Of a DNA stretch of 64,000 bases, positions 51,501 through 64,000 are shown one piece after another. Within the stretch, counting starts at the first letter, position 1, and each line of letters begins with the position of its first letter. Source of the DNA: Torpedo marmorata (Eukaryota); contig OZ360222.1 in the NCBI GenBank assembly GCA_977017645.1, positions 78,988,001 through 79,052,000 of the forward strand, written 5' to 3'. Under the pieces are notes generated by a model. The model was not told where the DNA came from. It ran no database searches and was given only the letters and a program-made list of their open reading frames with translations. The position numbers and the translations under genes are program-made.

Positions 51501-53514
51501 AATTTGTTGATGCTTTATTTAGAGATTTAGTTTCACTCGGCAGCCCTGAGAAGATATTGCTATCTGCATTGTTTCAATGTTCTGGTCTAAACCACAGTTT
51601 GCTGTCTCCTTTCGAATGTAGTCTGCACATGCGCATTAAATGTGTTCTTTTATAGTTATTAAAATGATTTTAAATATGGATGTAAAGACTTATAACTTGG
51701 TTTCTTTTAACGTTAATGGCTGGAATCACCCAGTTAAACGTAAAAAGGTTTTTTAAATGTTTAAAATGTTCCATGCCGATATTATTTTTGCTCAGGAGAC
51801 TCACATTCGTAAAGAGGACGAGCATCGTTTTTTTAAGTTTTGGAAGGGTTTGCAATTTCACTCTTCATCTCAGTCTAAAATTAGAGGTGTATCGATTTTT
51901 ATTGGCTCTAATGTTCCCTTTGTACATTTTAATATGATCACAGATCCTACTGGTAGATTTTTAATAGTTACGTGTGCACTGTGTAATCAAAATGTTGCTC
52001 TGATTAATATGTACGCTCCGAATGTTGATGATCCAGAATTTTTTAGGCGGGTGTTTGCTTCCCTGCCAAGTTTGAACGAATACATGTTGCTTATGGGCGG
52101 AGACTTAAACTGCTGCATTAACCCATTAATTGACAGATCTTCTTCAAATCCGATGCTGCCTAATAAATCTGCAACCTTTATCAATTCTTTTTTGTTAGAT
52201 TATGGACTTGTTGGTATATGGCGTTTTTTACACCCTAATAATAAAGAGTTTTCTTTTTTTTCATATGTTTATCATCAATATTCTAGGATTGATTATTTTT
52301 TTGTTGATAATCGATTAGTTCCCTCGGTAACGGATTGTGCCTACGGCGCAATTGCTGTTTCTGATCATGTGCCTTTGAAACTCTCTTTTACACTCTGATG
52401 TCACTTTCGGAGCCCAGCAGTGGCGGTTTAATTCGACCTTACTTCAAGATGAAAAATTTGTAGACCTTATTAAGGAGCAAATCTCTTATTTTTTCTTAAC
52501 GAATTTAACTGAGAAAATGTCGAGTTTAACTGTCTGGGATACGTTTAAGGCATACCTTTGGGGACAAATAATTTCCTATTCAGCTGGGTTAAGAAAACGT
52601 ACAAAGGAAGAATTATTGCTACTGAATAATAGGATTAAAGAAATTGATAGAGTATATTCAAGGATGCCCAATGCTGATCTTTATAAGAAAGAGTAGAACT
52701 TCAAACGCAACATGATTTACTTTTAACATACCCTATTGAAAGCCAACTTCTTAAACTTAAAAGTCAGTTTTATGTACATGGGGATAAATCAAGTAAATTG
52801 TTAGCTAGTCAATTAAATTCAGCTATGACCAAAAGACAGATTACTAAAATTTGTAAAAAAGATGGTAGCATTGTGTTTGATCATGTTGAAATTAATAAGA
52901 CTTTTCAGGAATTCTATTCTGATTTATATAAATCTGAGTTTCCTGATAATTCTGTCTCTATGGATAGATTCCTGCAACGGTTGAATATCCCTAAAATTTC
53001 TCCTAATGATCAACTTTTATTGGAAGCTCCAATTTCAGGGATGGAAAATTTTAAAGCAATTTCCTCCCTTCAGTCTGGCAAAGCGCCAGGTCCGGATGGT
53101 TATACCGTTGAGTTTTTAAAATGTTTTGCTAATATACTTACCCCCCAACTTTGTAAGGTATTTAGTGATTCTCATCTTTTTAGAACCTTGCCATGGACAT
53201 TTTATGAAGTGTCAATTTCCTTAATTCCTGAAAAGGATAAGGACCCTTTTGATTGCGCTTCCTATAGACCAATATTGTTATTGAATGTTGATTCTAAAAT
53301 TCTTTCCAAGATTTTAGCTAATAGATTAGAAAATACTCTTCCTCAGATTATATTTATAGACCAAACAGGATTTATAAAGAATCGATATTATCATTTCAAT
53401 ATCCGTAGATTAATGAATATAATTTATTCCCCATCGCTTAAAACTCCAGAATGTGTAGTATCGTTAGATGCAGAAAAGGCTTTTGATAGAGTGGAACGGA
53501 AATATCTGTTTGAA

Positions 53515-53822
53515 GTCTGCTACCCCTCTACCATCAGAATCCTCAACGACAAAGTCAAATCAGAACTCATTTAAGGACTCTTGCTCGTGCACTTTATTGA
53601 TTTTTTTTCCTTTGCTCTCTCTGTATTGCACAGTCAGTTCCATTTTTAGTTTAATTCATTACCTGTTGGCAGTTCTTTTGATTGTTTTCATGTTTATGCT
53701 GTGTACAGTTTACTTTTGCACTACCAATTAGTGGTAATTCTGCTGCGCCCGCAGGAAAAAAGAATCTCAGGGTTGTATATGACGTCATGTATGTACTTTG
53801 ACAATAAATCTGAAATCTGAAA
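53515..53822 (+). mobile_element. Rex/Babar-like 3' fragment nested in the L1 RT
   Basis: Matches 850-1086 and 40405-40679, and interrupts L1 between YLFEV and FNFGP. Confidence 0.85.
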
Positions 53823-54879
53823 TGATTTAATTTTGGCCCTGGTTTTATCTCTTGGATAAACTTGATTTATCAAGCTCCAGTCGCTGCTGTAATTACGAAT
53901 AATCAAAAATCTTCACTTTTTAGGTTATTTCGAGGAACTAGACAGGGTTGTCCTCTTAGCCCTTTATTATTTAATTTAGCTTTGGAACCCCTAGCAATAG
54001 CACTTCGGGATTTCAGTGACATTCGGGGAATTAATAGAGGAGATGGAATTCACAAAGTATCTTTATATGCAGATGATCTTTTAGTATATATTTCAGATCC
54101 TGAGAAATCTATTCCTCCAATGTTGTCTTTGCTTTTCCAATTTGGTCGTTTCTCTGGATATAAATTGATTCTTTATAAGAGCGAATTATTCCCAATAAAC
54201 ATGCATGTACCCGTTTATAATCACATACCTTTTAGAGTGGTTAAAGATCATTTTACCTATCTTGGGGTTAAAATTACCAAAACATTTAAAGAACTATGTA
54301 AATTTAACTTTCTTCCTTTGATAGAATATGTGAAACAATCTCTTTCTACATTGTCTCCATTGGCTTTATCTTTAATAGGTCGTATTAATGCTATTAAGAT
54401 GATAAACTTACCTAAATTTTTGTATTTATTTCAAGCAGTTCCAGTTTTTATTCCAAAATCCTTTTTTGATAATATTGACTCTAAAATATCTTCTTATATT
54501 TAAATAAAAAGAATGCCAGATTGAGTAAATTCCATCTGCAGAAATTAAAGAAAGATGGTGGTATGGCTTTACCTAATCTTAGACTCTATTATGGGGCAGT
54601 TAACATCCGCTATATTATTTTCTGGATCTACTATTCTGATAAATTTGAACACCCTTATTGGGTAGATTTGGAATTGAATTCCGTGCAGAGGTATTCAGTA
54701 GCCTCTTTATTGGGAGCAACTCTTCCTTTTACACTTTCCAAGATTAGTAGGCATACCTTCAACCCAATACTTAAACATACATTACGGATTTGGTTTCAAT
54801 TTCGGAAGTTCTTTGACTTGAAAAGAATTATTTTATCTAGTACCATTTCTCTTAATTATTTTTTTCCAACCGTCTATAA

Positions 54880-54950
54880 TCAGAATCAGAATTTATTGTC
54901 ACAAACAAGTCATGAAATTTGGTGTTTTGCAGCAGCATCATAGTGCAAAC
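54880..54950 (-). mobile_element. Very short LINE tail nested in L1
   Basis: cagaatcagaatttattgtca reversed tail, flanked by an ATAAT duplication. Confidence 0.6.
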
Positions 54951-57829
54951 ATAATTGATTAAGCCTTCTCTTTTTGGAAAGTTAAAGGAATTGTCTCTTT
55001 TTCAGATTATTTTTATAGATGGTAGCTTAATGTCTTTTGAACAATTATCCATTGAATATAATATACCTAAGTCACATTTTTTAGATACTTCCAAATTAGA
55101 AATTTTCTGAATACTTTACTGCCTAACTTTCCAACATTGTACCAACCGGATTTGATTGATACTTTTTTCATTTGAACCCTTCTCATAAGGGTTTAATAGG
55201 TAACATTTATAATAAGTCCTTAAGATTGCAATCAAATTCTAATGACAAAATTAAAAGGGCCTGGGAAGAGGAACTTCAGTTACATCTTCCAGAGGAATCA
55301 TGGGAGAAGATTTTTGGATTGGTTAATACCTCTTCAATATGTACTCATCATTCTCTGATTCAGTTTAAAGTGGTACATCGGGCTCATTGGTCGAAAGACA
55401 AATTGGCCCGTATTTTTTCTAACGTTAGTCCTATTTGTGATAGATGTAAATCAGAAGTTCCTTCTCTAACTCATATGTTTTGGTCATGCCCTATGTGGAG
55501 AGGTATTGGATAGATATTTTTAAGACTTTGTCAGCTATACTGGATATTAGTTTGCAACCTAACCCATTGACTGCTCTTTTTGGAATTATAGTTCCAGAAG
55601 TGGGACGAGCTTCCACTTCCACACATCGGGTTGCAGCCTTTTCTACATTGTTGGCTAGAAGAACTATTTTATTTATATGGAAAGATTCTAATTCACCTAC
55701 TTTGACTCAATGGTTCTCTCAAATTATGTCATGGTTAAATTTTGAGAAAGTTAGGAGTCGTACATTTGATTCTTCTGTTAAATTTGAAGAGACTTGCTGA
55801 CCTTTTATAAATTATTTCCAATGACCTAGTTAGTATAATTATTTTCCCTTCTGGACTATATTTAATTTTATTTCTTTTCTCTTTGTTGGTGAAGACCAGA
55901 TGATTAATTTTAATTTTTATTAATACATTCTCAGGATAGGCTGCCCAGTCTTTTTTTTTAATGGTTTTTTTTTCTTAGATTTCAGTTTGAGGAATTGAGA
56001 ACATATTCGTTAATTGTGGTGTAATGCAATATGTTATATCATATGATGTCATATAGTGATTTTTTTTTCTTCTTGATTATGTACTCCTATTCTCATGTAT
56101 TGTTTACCTATAATATGATTAATAAAAAGATTGAAAAAGAATTTGTTGATGCTTGGAAGTACAAGTATTCCTCGATTTATGAAAGTGATGTATTCGTGGA
56201 AAAATGTTGCAAAGCAAAATTTTATGAATCAAAAAGACTGGGCAAGAAGCATTACAGGTATTTTAGTACAATGTATTACTATGGGCAGAGATTGGAATGT
56301 TAATGGTGGAGAGTGATGTGGTATTTGTTATAGTGAACAACTGATATGTGAGTAAAAGAGATTATGACAAAAATTCCTAAATAGAACACTTATAAATAGA
56401 GGAATACATGTAGACTTAATGGAGAGAAATTAGCTAGATAGGTTTTGTCCTTTCTTTTCTAAACAGGGCATACCTGGGATACTTCCCACATCATTGAGTT
56501 AATGCCAACGTTTTAACTGCACTGGAAGATCTTGGCTGAGAGTGCCAATAGTTTAGCAGCGCATGCCTTCAGTCCTACAGCCTGGATGTTGGAATCATGT
56601 GGAGTGAATCAAATTGTCAAAGCCTGGCTCTGTGAAGATGGAGCTCTCTGGGGGAAGCTGAGATGGGTTATCTATTCAGCACTTCTGGTTGAACATGGCT
56701 GAGGATGCTTCAGTCTTGACTCCTCTACTCACATGTTGGGCCCACCCATCATTGAGGAAGGGGATACTCTTGGGAGCACCTTTCCTTGTTAACTGTTTAA
56801 CTAAACACCACATACACAACCAGATGTGTTAGGATTGCATGTGATCCATTGTCTATTACAGGTTGTTTTTGTCCTTTAGCATAAGTGAAGTCCTGTATTG
56901 TAGCTTCACCAACACAGGTAAATGGTACCCATGAGAGTGAAGCTACACCATTCTTTTTGTCCAACAAATAACTCAACAAATGAACTTTAGAAATGTTTAA
57001 TACCAGACAATCTGTTGTTGGTATGGAAGGAAATGGCTGTATCTGGGATGCCTGTAGATTTCCTGTAATAATAACAACAAAATGTGCAGAACCGAAACAT
57101 TATGAAGCAATTTAATGAGATTTTAAGGCTGAAAACTCTCTGATCAAGTTTGAGTTAAGATTGTTAGCAACTTACGATGTAACTCTTATGTCTTAAGTTA
57201 ACAGCTGAAGACCAATTAAAGATAGAACAAGAGAAAGAGATGGAATTCCTAGCTTTGGACCTTAGCATCTGAAGGCATGACATCAATCGTGATGTGATTA
57301 AATGTAAGCATTATTAAGAGGCCAGAATTAGTCTGGATAATTCAAAAGTTTATGAGTTGGAAAAGATTAATGGGATAAGGAGGTGAGAGATTTTGTTTGA
57401 AGGGAATTCAGAATTTTAGTATTCAGGTATGCTTGACTGAGAGTCAAAATAGGTCAGGAAAAAGGGTCGTGACTGGTGAATGAGACTCCATTTAAGTTAG
57501 GATACTTGAATCGAGTTTTGGATGACCATGTTAATGGAGATATGAATTAGAAAAGATGGCTAGGAATGCATTGGAATAGTCAAATCTACAAGCACCAGAG
57601 CATGAATGAGGGTTTCATTATAATTGTTTTATATCTCTATTCATCAAAACTAATTTCATGGCCGGTAACTTATAATGTTGAAAATGAGGCAATTACCCAG
57701 CCATAACACAATATAATTGTGAATATTATGTAGTGTTTACTTTTCAGTAAAGTAGAATATTTGCCACTAGAACCTTTTTCAAATATCACCTATAGCGCAC
57801 CATAAAGAAGAGAGTTCGCAAAAGGAGAA

Positions 57830-58505
57830 CTTTCACCACCATTTGGGGCCCAAACAGTCCTTCCAAGTGAAGCAACACATCACTTGTGAATCTGCGGGAG
57901 TCATCTACTGCATCCAGTGCTCCCATTGTGGCCTCCTCTACATCGGAGAGTCTGGGTGCAGGCTGGTAGATCGCTTTGCTGAGCAACTTCACTCTGTCCG
58001 CATCAATGACAGGGATCTCCCATTGGCCATCCATTTCAATTCTGTGCTCCACTCCCGTGCTGACATGTCTGTCCATAGCCTAATGCACTGCCAAACTAGG
58101 GCCAGCTGTAAATTGTAGGAGCAACACCTAATATTCTGGCTGGGCACTCTCCAACTGATGGCATTAACATTGGCTTCTCCGGTTTCTGCAAGACCATTCC
58201 CCATTCTCCCTCTCTTCCCTATCCCTCTGTCTCCTTTCCTCCAGCTCTCCACCCCATCCCTCTCCATTCACAGAACCATCCTCCCATACCCCTGTTTTCC
58301 CTTATCCACCTATTACCTCTTGCCTGTAGGACTGTGCTGCTCCCCCTGCCCCTCACCCCCACCATTTTATTCAGACGCCTGCCTACATTTTGCACATACC
58401 TTGATGAAGGGCTCAAGCCCAAAACGTTGGTTATGTATCTTTATTTTTGATACATAACATATGCTGTTTGACCTGCTGAGTTTCTCCAGCTTTGTGTTTT
58501 TACTG
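57830..58505 (+). mobile_element. Penelope-like element (GIY-YIG remnant plus 3' repeat)
   Basis: GPKQSFQVKQHITCESAGVIYCIQCSHCGLLYIGESGCRLVDRFAE; hammerhead motif at 58397-58432. Confidence 0.9.
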
Positions 58506-59299
58506 CATTTTATTAAGAATTGGGATTGTTTTGAAATATAATCCACATAGAAAAATATATCTCAGATATTTGGAATTTGAGCATGACTAGTAGGAAGACA
58601 CAGCTGCTCTGATGATGCTAAATCTAAGGGAAGAATATCAGTATTGACATAGAAACAAAGGAAATAAGTATTGACAGAAAATAAGTGAAAGGTATTGTGG
58701 TGATTCTGATGGTTTGAGTCTACCAGAAATATGGTGCACAAATCCTTCTAAGTTAGGTTACAATAAATAGCCAATCAACCTTTAGTCACTCTCTAACTGG
58801 AAGGCAACATCTGTATCTTTAGTGTGCCTGTAGGTAAAAGCTAAAGATCTTCATAAACAATGGATTTTAAGGCACAACGTGCCCTATTTAAGTTGCAAAG
58901 GGAGCATGCACCAGTTTGGAATTCAGAGGAAATCAATTCAGCACCTTTGCCATTTAATTTTAGCTCTTCTATGTTATAGGATCATGTCCAGAGTCTGTGT
59001 TGAAAGATCCCATCGGAGCAGGTGGCAAAGAGAGAATTTTTTTCATGGTTTTTTTCTTCAGCCTGTAGATGTTCTAGTCCACATATCCTGAAACTCTGCC
59101 AAAGTTATAGCTTCATCTCCAACTCTCAATCCCAACAATTATGGACAATAATGACAATCAACCATAATGTGCTTCTTTAGTTCTGTAAGATTTAGTGTGA
59201 TCTCTCAACACCCATTATGAGTTGCTAGAAGAATGGACACAGTTTGTTTCTGCCCTTTTTTGCGTTGCAGTGGCCATGTGGAAAATTATATTCTTGCGT

Positions 59300-60415
59300 T
59301 ATTCATACCCCTAGTCTGGAAAAACCCACTATTAGGAATATTGCTCATGTCTGTTCAGTTTCAGTTCTGTCAGAGTTTATATGTTTCAACATGGTCTCCT
59401 CTCATTAACCTAAACTAATGTGACTATGAAACCAATCATTCCAATCTCTCTTGACATGTGAGTGCTGCCAACTCAGGAATTAGTTCAGTGGAACTTGCTG
59501 CACTCCTTTTATAGTAAGGAGACCTTCCTCAGTTAAGATCAAAACTACACACACTGCACAAGGTGTGCTCTCGCCAAGGCCAAAAATGATTGCAGTAAGA
59601 CATACCTTCACCTATACTCAAATCCTGTCAGTATGGAGACCCACATTCCATTTGCCTCTTTAACCGTCTGCTGCACCCACATCCATACTTTAATTGACTG
59701 ATGTACAAGAACACCCATTTCTACTTGCACCTCCCACTTCCCTAATGTATCGCTCTTCAGATAATAAGCTACCTTGCTATTTTTGCCACCAACAAGGATG
59801 ACCTCGCATTTGTTATAGAGCATCTGCCATGCATTTATCTACTCACTCAAACCTGCCCAAATGAGACTGCACCCTGTCCGTATTTTCCTCATAGCTCTCA
59901 TTCACGCTCAGCCTTGTTTCAGCTGCTAACGGGGAAATTACATTTAATTCTCTCATACAAATCATTTATATAATTTGTGAAGAGAAGTGCTGAAAGCACT
60001 GAACTGCGTAGTATCCCACTAGTCACTGCTTGCCACTCAGAAATATAATGGAGGCATGTGTGTTCTGAATTACTGTACCGACACTTGGCTGAATAATTTA
60101 TTCCTACTATCCATTTCCCATCAGCCAACAAGTTTTCTATCCAAATCAGCACATTACCCTCAACTATGTGCAATAATTTTGTACTCTAACCTCTTATTTG
60201 GGACATTGTCAAAAGCATTCTGAAAGCTCTAATTCACCACATGTACACTATTAGTTACAACCTCAAAAGCTTCCAGTATATTTCTCAAGCAAGATTTCGC
60301 GTTTGTGAATCCATGCTGACTTGACCAATCCTGTTCTGGTTTTCCAAATGCTCTGCTATTAAATCTTTAATGATGGAGTCTAGTGTTTTTTTTTACTGTT
60401 GATGACAGGCAACTT
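59300..60415 (-). mobile_element. Degenerate CR1-type LINE
   Basis: WIENLLAD, WQAVTSG, LFTNYINDL, YNKCEVI and MGVLVHQS remnants. Confidence 0.8.
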
Positions 60416-60611
60416 TGGTACAAAGGTACCTTGAATGAATCCAGAGAGCTCTAAGCTAATTTGATTAGATTCCAATAGGTAACAATTGAATTTGTACTCC
60501 AGAAAGTGAGGAACATGCAGAAAATGGTTTGAGCTTTGACTATTGTTATGGACCATGACTGACCATTTGGACTGCAGACGGTCAGCAGGAAGGATGAAGT
60601 CTTTTGGGGTA

Positions 60612-60732
60612 AAAAACACAAAAGCTGGAGAACTCAGCAGGTCAAACAGTGTCTTTTATGTAGCAAAGGTAGAAATACATAACCGACGTTTCAGGCTTGA
60701 GCCCTTCTTCAAGGTATGAGAAAATGCCGGCA
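60612..60732 (-). mobile_element. 121-bp mini Penelope insertion in the LTR, with the most intact hammerhead motif
   Basis: 16-bp TSD GAAGTCTTTTGGGGTA (60596-60611 / 60733-60748). Confidence 0.85.
60682..60716 (-). ncRNA. Minimal (Penelope-type) hammerhead ribozyme motif, C3U variant
   Basis: UACC-UUGAAGA-A-GGGC UCAA GCCU-GAAA-CG-UC^GGU: stem I ACC/GGU, stem II, palindromic ACGU stem III and a GUC cleavage triplet. Activity is not demonstrated. Confidence 0.6.
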
Positions 60733-61536
60733 GAAGTCTTTTGGGGTACACACTGGGACCAGGTACTGAAAGAGTTAACTTGCCCAGGACTTGGTGTACC
60801 CAGAGAGAGACAGGCTGTGCAAATATACTTTGTTGCGCTTTTGCAAAAGCAGGTGCAAACCTCTGCAAAAAGCATTCAGATTCAGTTGTTGTTTTAAGTT
60901 GCAAAGGCTGGAGAACACAGCAAAATCCAGGCTTGTGCATCCCAGGGGAAAAGGCTGAGAGAATAGCACATGGCCTCCTGTATCAGCAAAATCCTGAGTT
61001 AAAACAACTTTTGTCACGAATAGGCGTGAGATCAGCGAGACCGGCTGTAAGATCCAAGTACACACCTCAATCAGTGGTATACAGATTTGGAGTCGCAATC
61101 CTCGTGTATCTACCAAAAGGGAAAGTCATCAGAGAAGAAAAGCAGGCCAAGCATTCATAAGCTTAAACAGTCATTGTCTCTCTCTCCAACGTTCATTAAA
61201 AAGTCCTTCGTGCCAGCACACAGAGCTGAATTTGGACCCTGAACATAGAGAGTTGATTTTTGTGGACTGTATTTTTGGGACTGACTTATTTTATGACTGA
61301 CCTGGGGGTTTTGGGGAAGGTTTTTCCATTTTTACATGAGGGTTGGACACAGACTGTAATGGTCTGGGCTTTCTACACACACACACTCTTTAGATAAGAA
61401 TAGTGTTTATAGACGTTTATAGTGGGGTTAATTGTTGTGAAATTATATGTTTACTTGTCTTTAATAAATATAAATTTCAATTTTACCCCTTTTGCATTGC
61501 GTCTTCTGTCGTTGCAGGTTTGAATTTGTAACAAAT

Positions 61537-61560
61537 TGGGGGCTCATCCTAGGATTTGAA
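61537..61560 (+). promoter_or_regulatory. Primer-binding site complementary to tRNA-Pro
   Basis: TGGGGGCTCATCCTAGGATTTGAA versus the tRNA-Pro complement TGGGGGCTCGTCCGGGATTTGAA; begins after a 3-nt spacer following the LTR end. Confidence 0.8.
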
Positions 61561-61659
61561 TCAAGATCTATCTTGGTAATTGAAGGAATCCAGTCTGGTC
61601 TAAGACATTCCTTTTGTAAAGCTAATTAAAAGCTAGTGTGTGTGTAACAAAAAAAACAG

Positions 61660-64000
61660 CAACAGTGGATGTAGAAAAATGTTTGGAATTACTTGAACTT
61701 AATACTTTAAAAAAGGCTAAAAAGGAACAGTTAGTGGCTATAGCAACAGAGTTGGGCATTGCTTCTGTAAAACCATCAATGAAAAAGGCAGAGATTGGGA
61801 GAAAAATTGTAAAATACTTATAAAAGGCAAAAAGTTTGAGGAGAGTGTGTTAGAGCAGTTTCCCAAGGATGAACTTTCTGAAAACATACAGTTGGAACAA
61901 AAGAGATTAGACAGGGAATTGGAATTAAAGAAATTGGAATTGGAACAAAAGAGATTAGACTTGGAGATAGCCAGGGAACAAAAGAAATTAGACAGGGAAT
62001 TGGAACAAAAGAGATTAGACTTGGAGGCAGACAGGGAACAAAAGAGATTAGAGAATGAGGAGAAAATTAGGAAATATGAGCTGGAAAAGATTAATTTGGA
62101 AAATGAGAGGAGACAAGAAGAACACCAAGATCAAATTCATCATCCTGTTGAGAGGTTTTTGGCCAGTAGAGAAGTTAGGTTGGTTCCTCCATTTGAGGAG
62201 GCGGAAATAGATAAGTACTTCCAGCAGTTTGGGAAGGTGGCTGTGAAATTAAAATGGCCACAAGACCAATGGTCTCTTATGTTACAAAGTGTAATAAAAG
62301 GAAAAGCTCAGCAAGCTTATTCTACTCTTCCACAGAGCAAGCTGCTGATTATGAAATGGTGAAAAAGGCTATACTCCAGGCTTATGAGTTAGTTCCAGAG
62401 GCTTATAGACAGAAGTTTAGAAATTAAAAGAGATCAGCAACCCAATCTTACACAGAGTTTGCCTATGAAAAGGTTGTGTGTTTTGACTGGTGGTGCACAT
62501 CTAAGGCAGTAAACAATGATTACAATCAATTGAGAGAATTGATAATAATTGAGGAGAAAAAAAGGTGTGTTCCTGAGGATATTAAGGAATACTCAGATGA
62601 AAAGGAGGTGAAAACTTGCCAAAATTCAGCTAAGTTAGCAGATGAATATGCTTTAACCCACAAGCCTAAGTGGACATCAGGCAGAATTTTCCAAAAGGGC
62701 ACTGTGGATAATCCCAAACAAGTGGAAAGTAAATTTGGAAGTGTTGTTAAGGAAAGAGATGAAGGAAAGTGGAAAAGGGAAAACCCTTTGGGTCCCATTT
62801 GCCACTACTGTAGGAAGGCTGGTCATATGCTAGCAAGCCGTCCAGTGTTGAAAAACAAGAGAGAAAAGGATGCAACACCTAATGCTTGTATTCAGAGTGA
62901 GAAGAGGCATAACACCCAGGAAGGAGAAAAATTTGCTGACAAAGTTAGGGATGTATTTAAACCTTTTGTGACTGATGGTTTTGTTTCAGTTAAGGCAGGA
63001 TCAAAGCAAGTTCCAGTGAAAATATTGCGAGATACTGGAGCTGCTCAGTCATTTGTGTTAGATCGTGTTTTGGAATTTTGTGAAGCCACTGACACCAGTG
63101 AAATGAATTTAATTAAAGGAATTGGGAGTGATGTTGAGTCCATTCCTTTGCACAAAATAGTGTTGGACTCAGCCTTGGTGGAAGGACCTGTTATAATAGG
63201 AGTGAGATCAGAGTTGCCAGTAGAAGGAGTCTCAATGTTGCAAGGCAATGACTTGGCTGAGGGTAAAGCAGTTCCTGCAGTGCGAATGACCACTAAGCCA
63301 GTCATTGATAAGTCAGAGAAGGACTCTGATATTTATCCGGCATGTGACATAACCAGGGCCATGTCGAAGAAAAATGTCACGGTAGAGAAGGCAGTGGAAA
63401 ATAAATTGGTGAAAGAAAAAGTCGGTGATAATCAAAAATACCTGGAAAAGGTTGAGCAATCTCCTGTGTTACACCCATCCACTGATAAGACACCTAAAGG
63501 CACAGATTTGTCACTATCCCAACAGGAGCTAATAGCAAGACAAAAGGAGGATCCTGATCTTGCTGAGGTGAGGGATAAGGATCTCTCTGAAGAGGAGATT
63601 AAGAAGGTGCCAGTGGGATATTATGAAAAAGATGGGGGGTTGATGAGAAAGGGGAGACCATATGATGTTCCTGCCAGTGAGGAATGGGCAGTAGTGCAGC
63701 AGGTAGTGATCCCTAAAGTATATAGGGACAAAATAATAACTTTGGCTCATAGCACACCCTTGGGGTGAAGAAAACTATACTGAATATAAAGAAACAATTT
63801 TATTGGCCCAGTTTGAGAAGGGAGGTTGTAAGCTTTTGCCGGGCCTGTCACACTTGTCAGGTGGTGGGTAAACCTAATCAGGGTCCCCCGGTGGCACCCT
63901 TGCAACCTATCCCTGCTTTCAGTGATCCTTTCACGAGAGTGATTTGGATTGTGATGGCCCATTGCCCAAAACCAAAGTGGGGAATGAGTATTTGTTAACA
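61660..64000 (+). pseudogene. Gmr1-like Gypsy gag-protease-integrase polyprotein, disabled, running off the window end
   Basis: ELEQKRLD coiled-coil repeats; capsid LVPPFEEAEIDKYF...YELVPEAYRQKFR (SCAN-like); knuckle CHYCRKAGH; protease LRDTGA; then the integrase zinc-finger remnant LAHSTP...FYWPSL...CHTCQ with no RT in between. Contains stops and frameshifts. Confidence 0.88.

Larger units (their letters stand above)
51676..55830 (+). pseudogene. L1 ORF2 (APE endonuclease, RT, C-terminal CCHC region) with frameshifts and stops
   Basis: SFNVNG, FAQETH, GGDLN, SRIDYF, SDH (endonuclease); KAPGPDGY, DAEKAFDRV, GTRQGCPLSPLLF, YADD, YLGV (RT); CDRC...HMFWSC. Confidence 0.92.
51516..56139 (+). mobile_element. 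L1 (LINE-1 clade) with near full-length but disabled ORF2; ORF1 missing
   Basis: 15-bp TSD AATTTGTTGATGCTT (51501-51515 / 56140-56154); AATAAA and A-rich tail; two nested LINE-tail insertions. Confidence 0.93.
60544..61533 (+). mobile_element. 5' LTR of a Gypsy element (start uncertain, about 60420-60544)
   Basis: Ends GTAACA directly before a PBS; AATAAA near 61463; candidate start TGTTA at 60544. Confidence 0.65.

Noticed and set aside
51676-55830. Active or domesticated L1 ORF2
   Set aside because: Multiple frameshifts and stops, two nested insertions, and no ORF1 or promoter.
29556-64000. TGFB2 exons 1-2
   Set aside because: No sequence encoding the expected FDVS...NLVKAEFRVF...RIELYQ was found by eye. 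It probably lies beyond the window, though the N gap cannot be excluded.

Overview
Repeat-rich, AT-rich vertebrate DNA, almost certainly from a cartilaginous fish and probably a ray; this is inferred from its V-domain tRNA SINEs, CR1/HER1-type LINEs and Penelope elements. The one host gene is TGFB2 on the minus strand. Exons 3-7 (29555-29423, 29284-29174, 25777-25600, 19873-19720, 16365-16207) all have GT-AG boundaries, join in frame, and encode the distal LAP, the RKKR furin site and the complete 112-aa mature ligand. A ~4 kb 3'UTR follows, with miRNA seed sites, poly(A) signals and a hairpin hAT MITE. Exons 1-2 were not found and probably lie beyond 64000. The remainder is mostly nested mobile DNA: CR1, Rex/Babar-like and L1 LINEs; Penelope fragments carrying minimal hammerhead-ribozyme motifs; SINEs; hAT and Harbinger-like MITEs; a Chapaev3 deletion derivative; a solo LTR; two GC-rich non-autonomous retroelements; and the 5' part of a Gmr1-like (PR-INT order, SCAN-like gag) Gypsy element. 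I found no clearly new biological system. The best leads are the covarying Penelope hammerheads, the Arg25 and integrin-loop variants of TGF-beta2, the UTR hairpin MITE and the GC-rich elements. Comparisons to human sequence are from memory and need checking.
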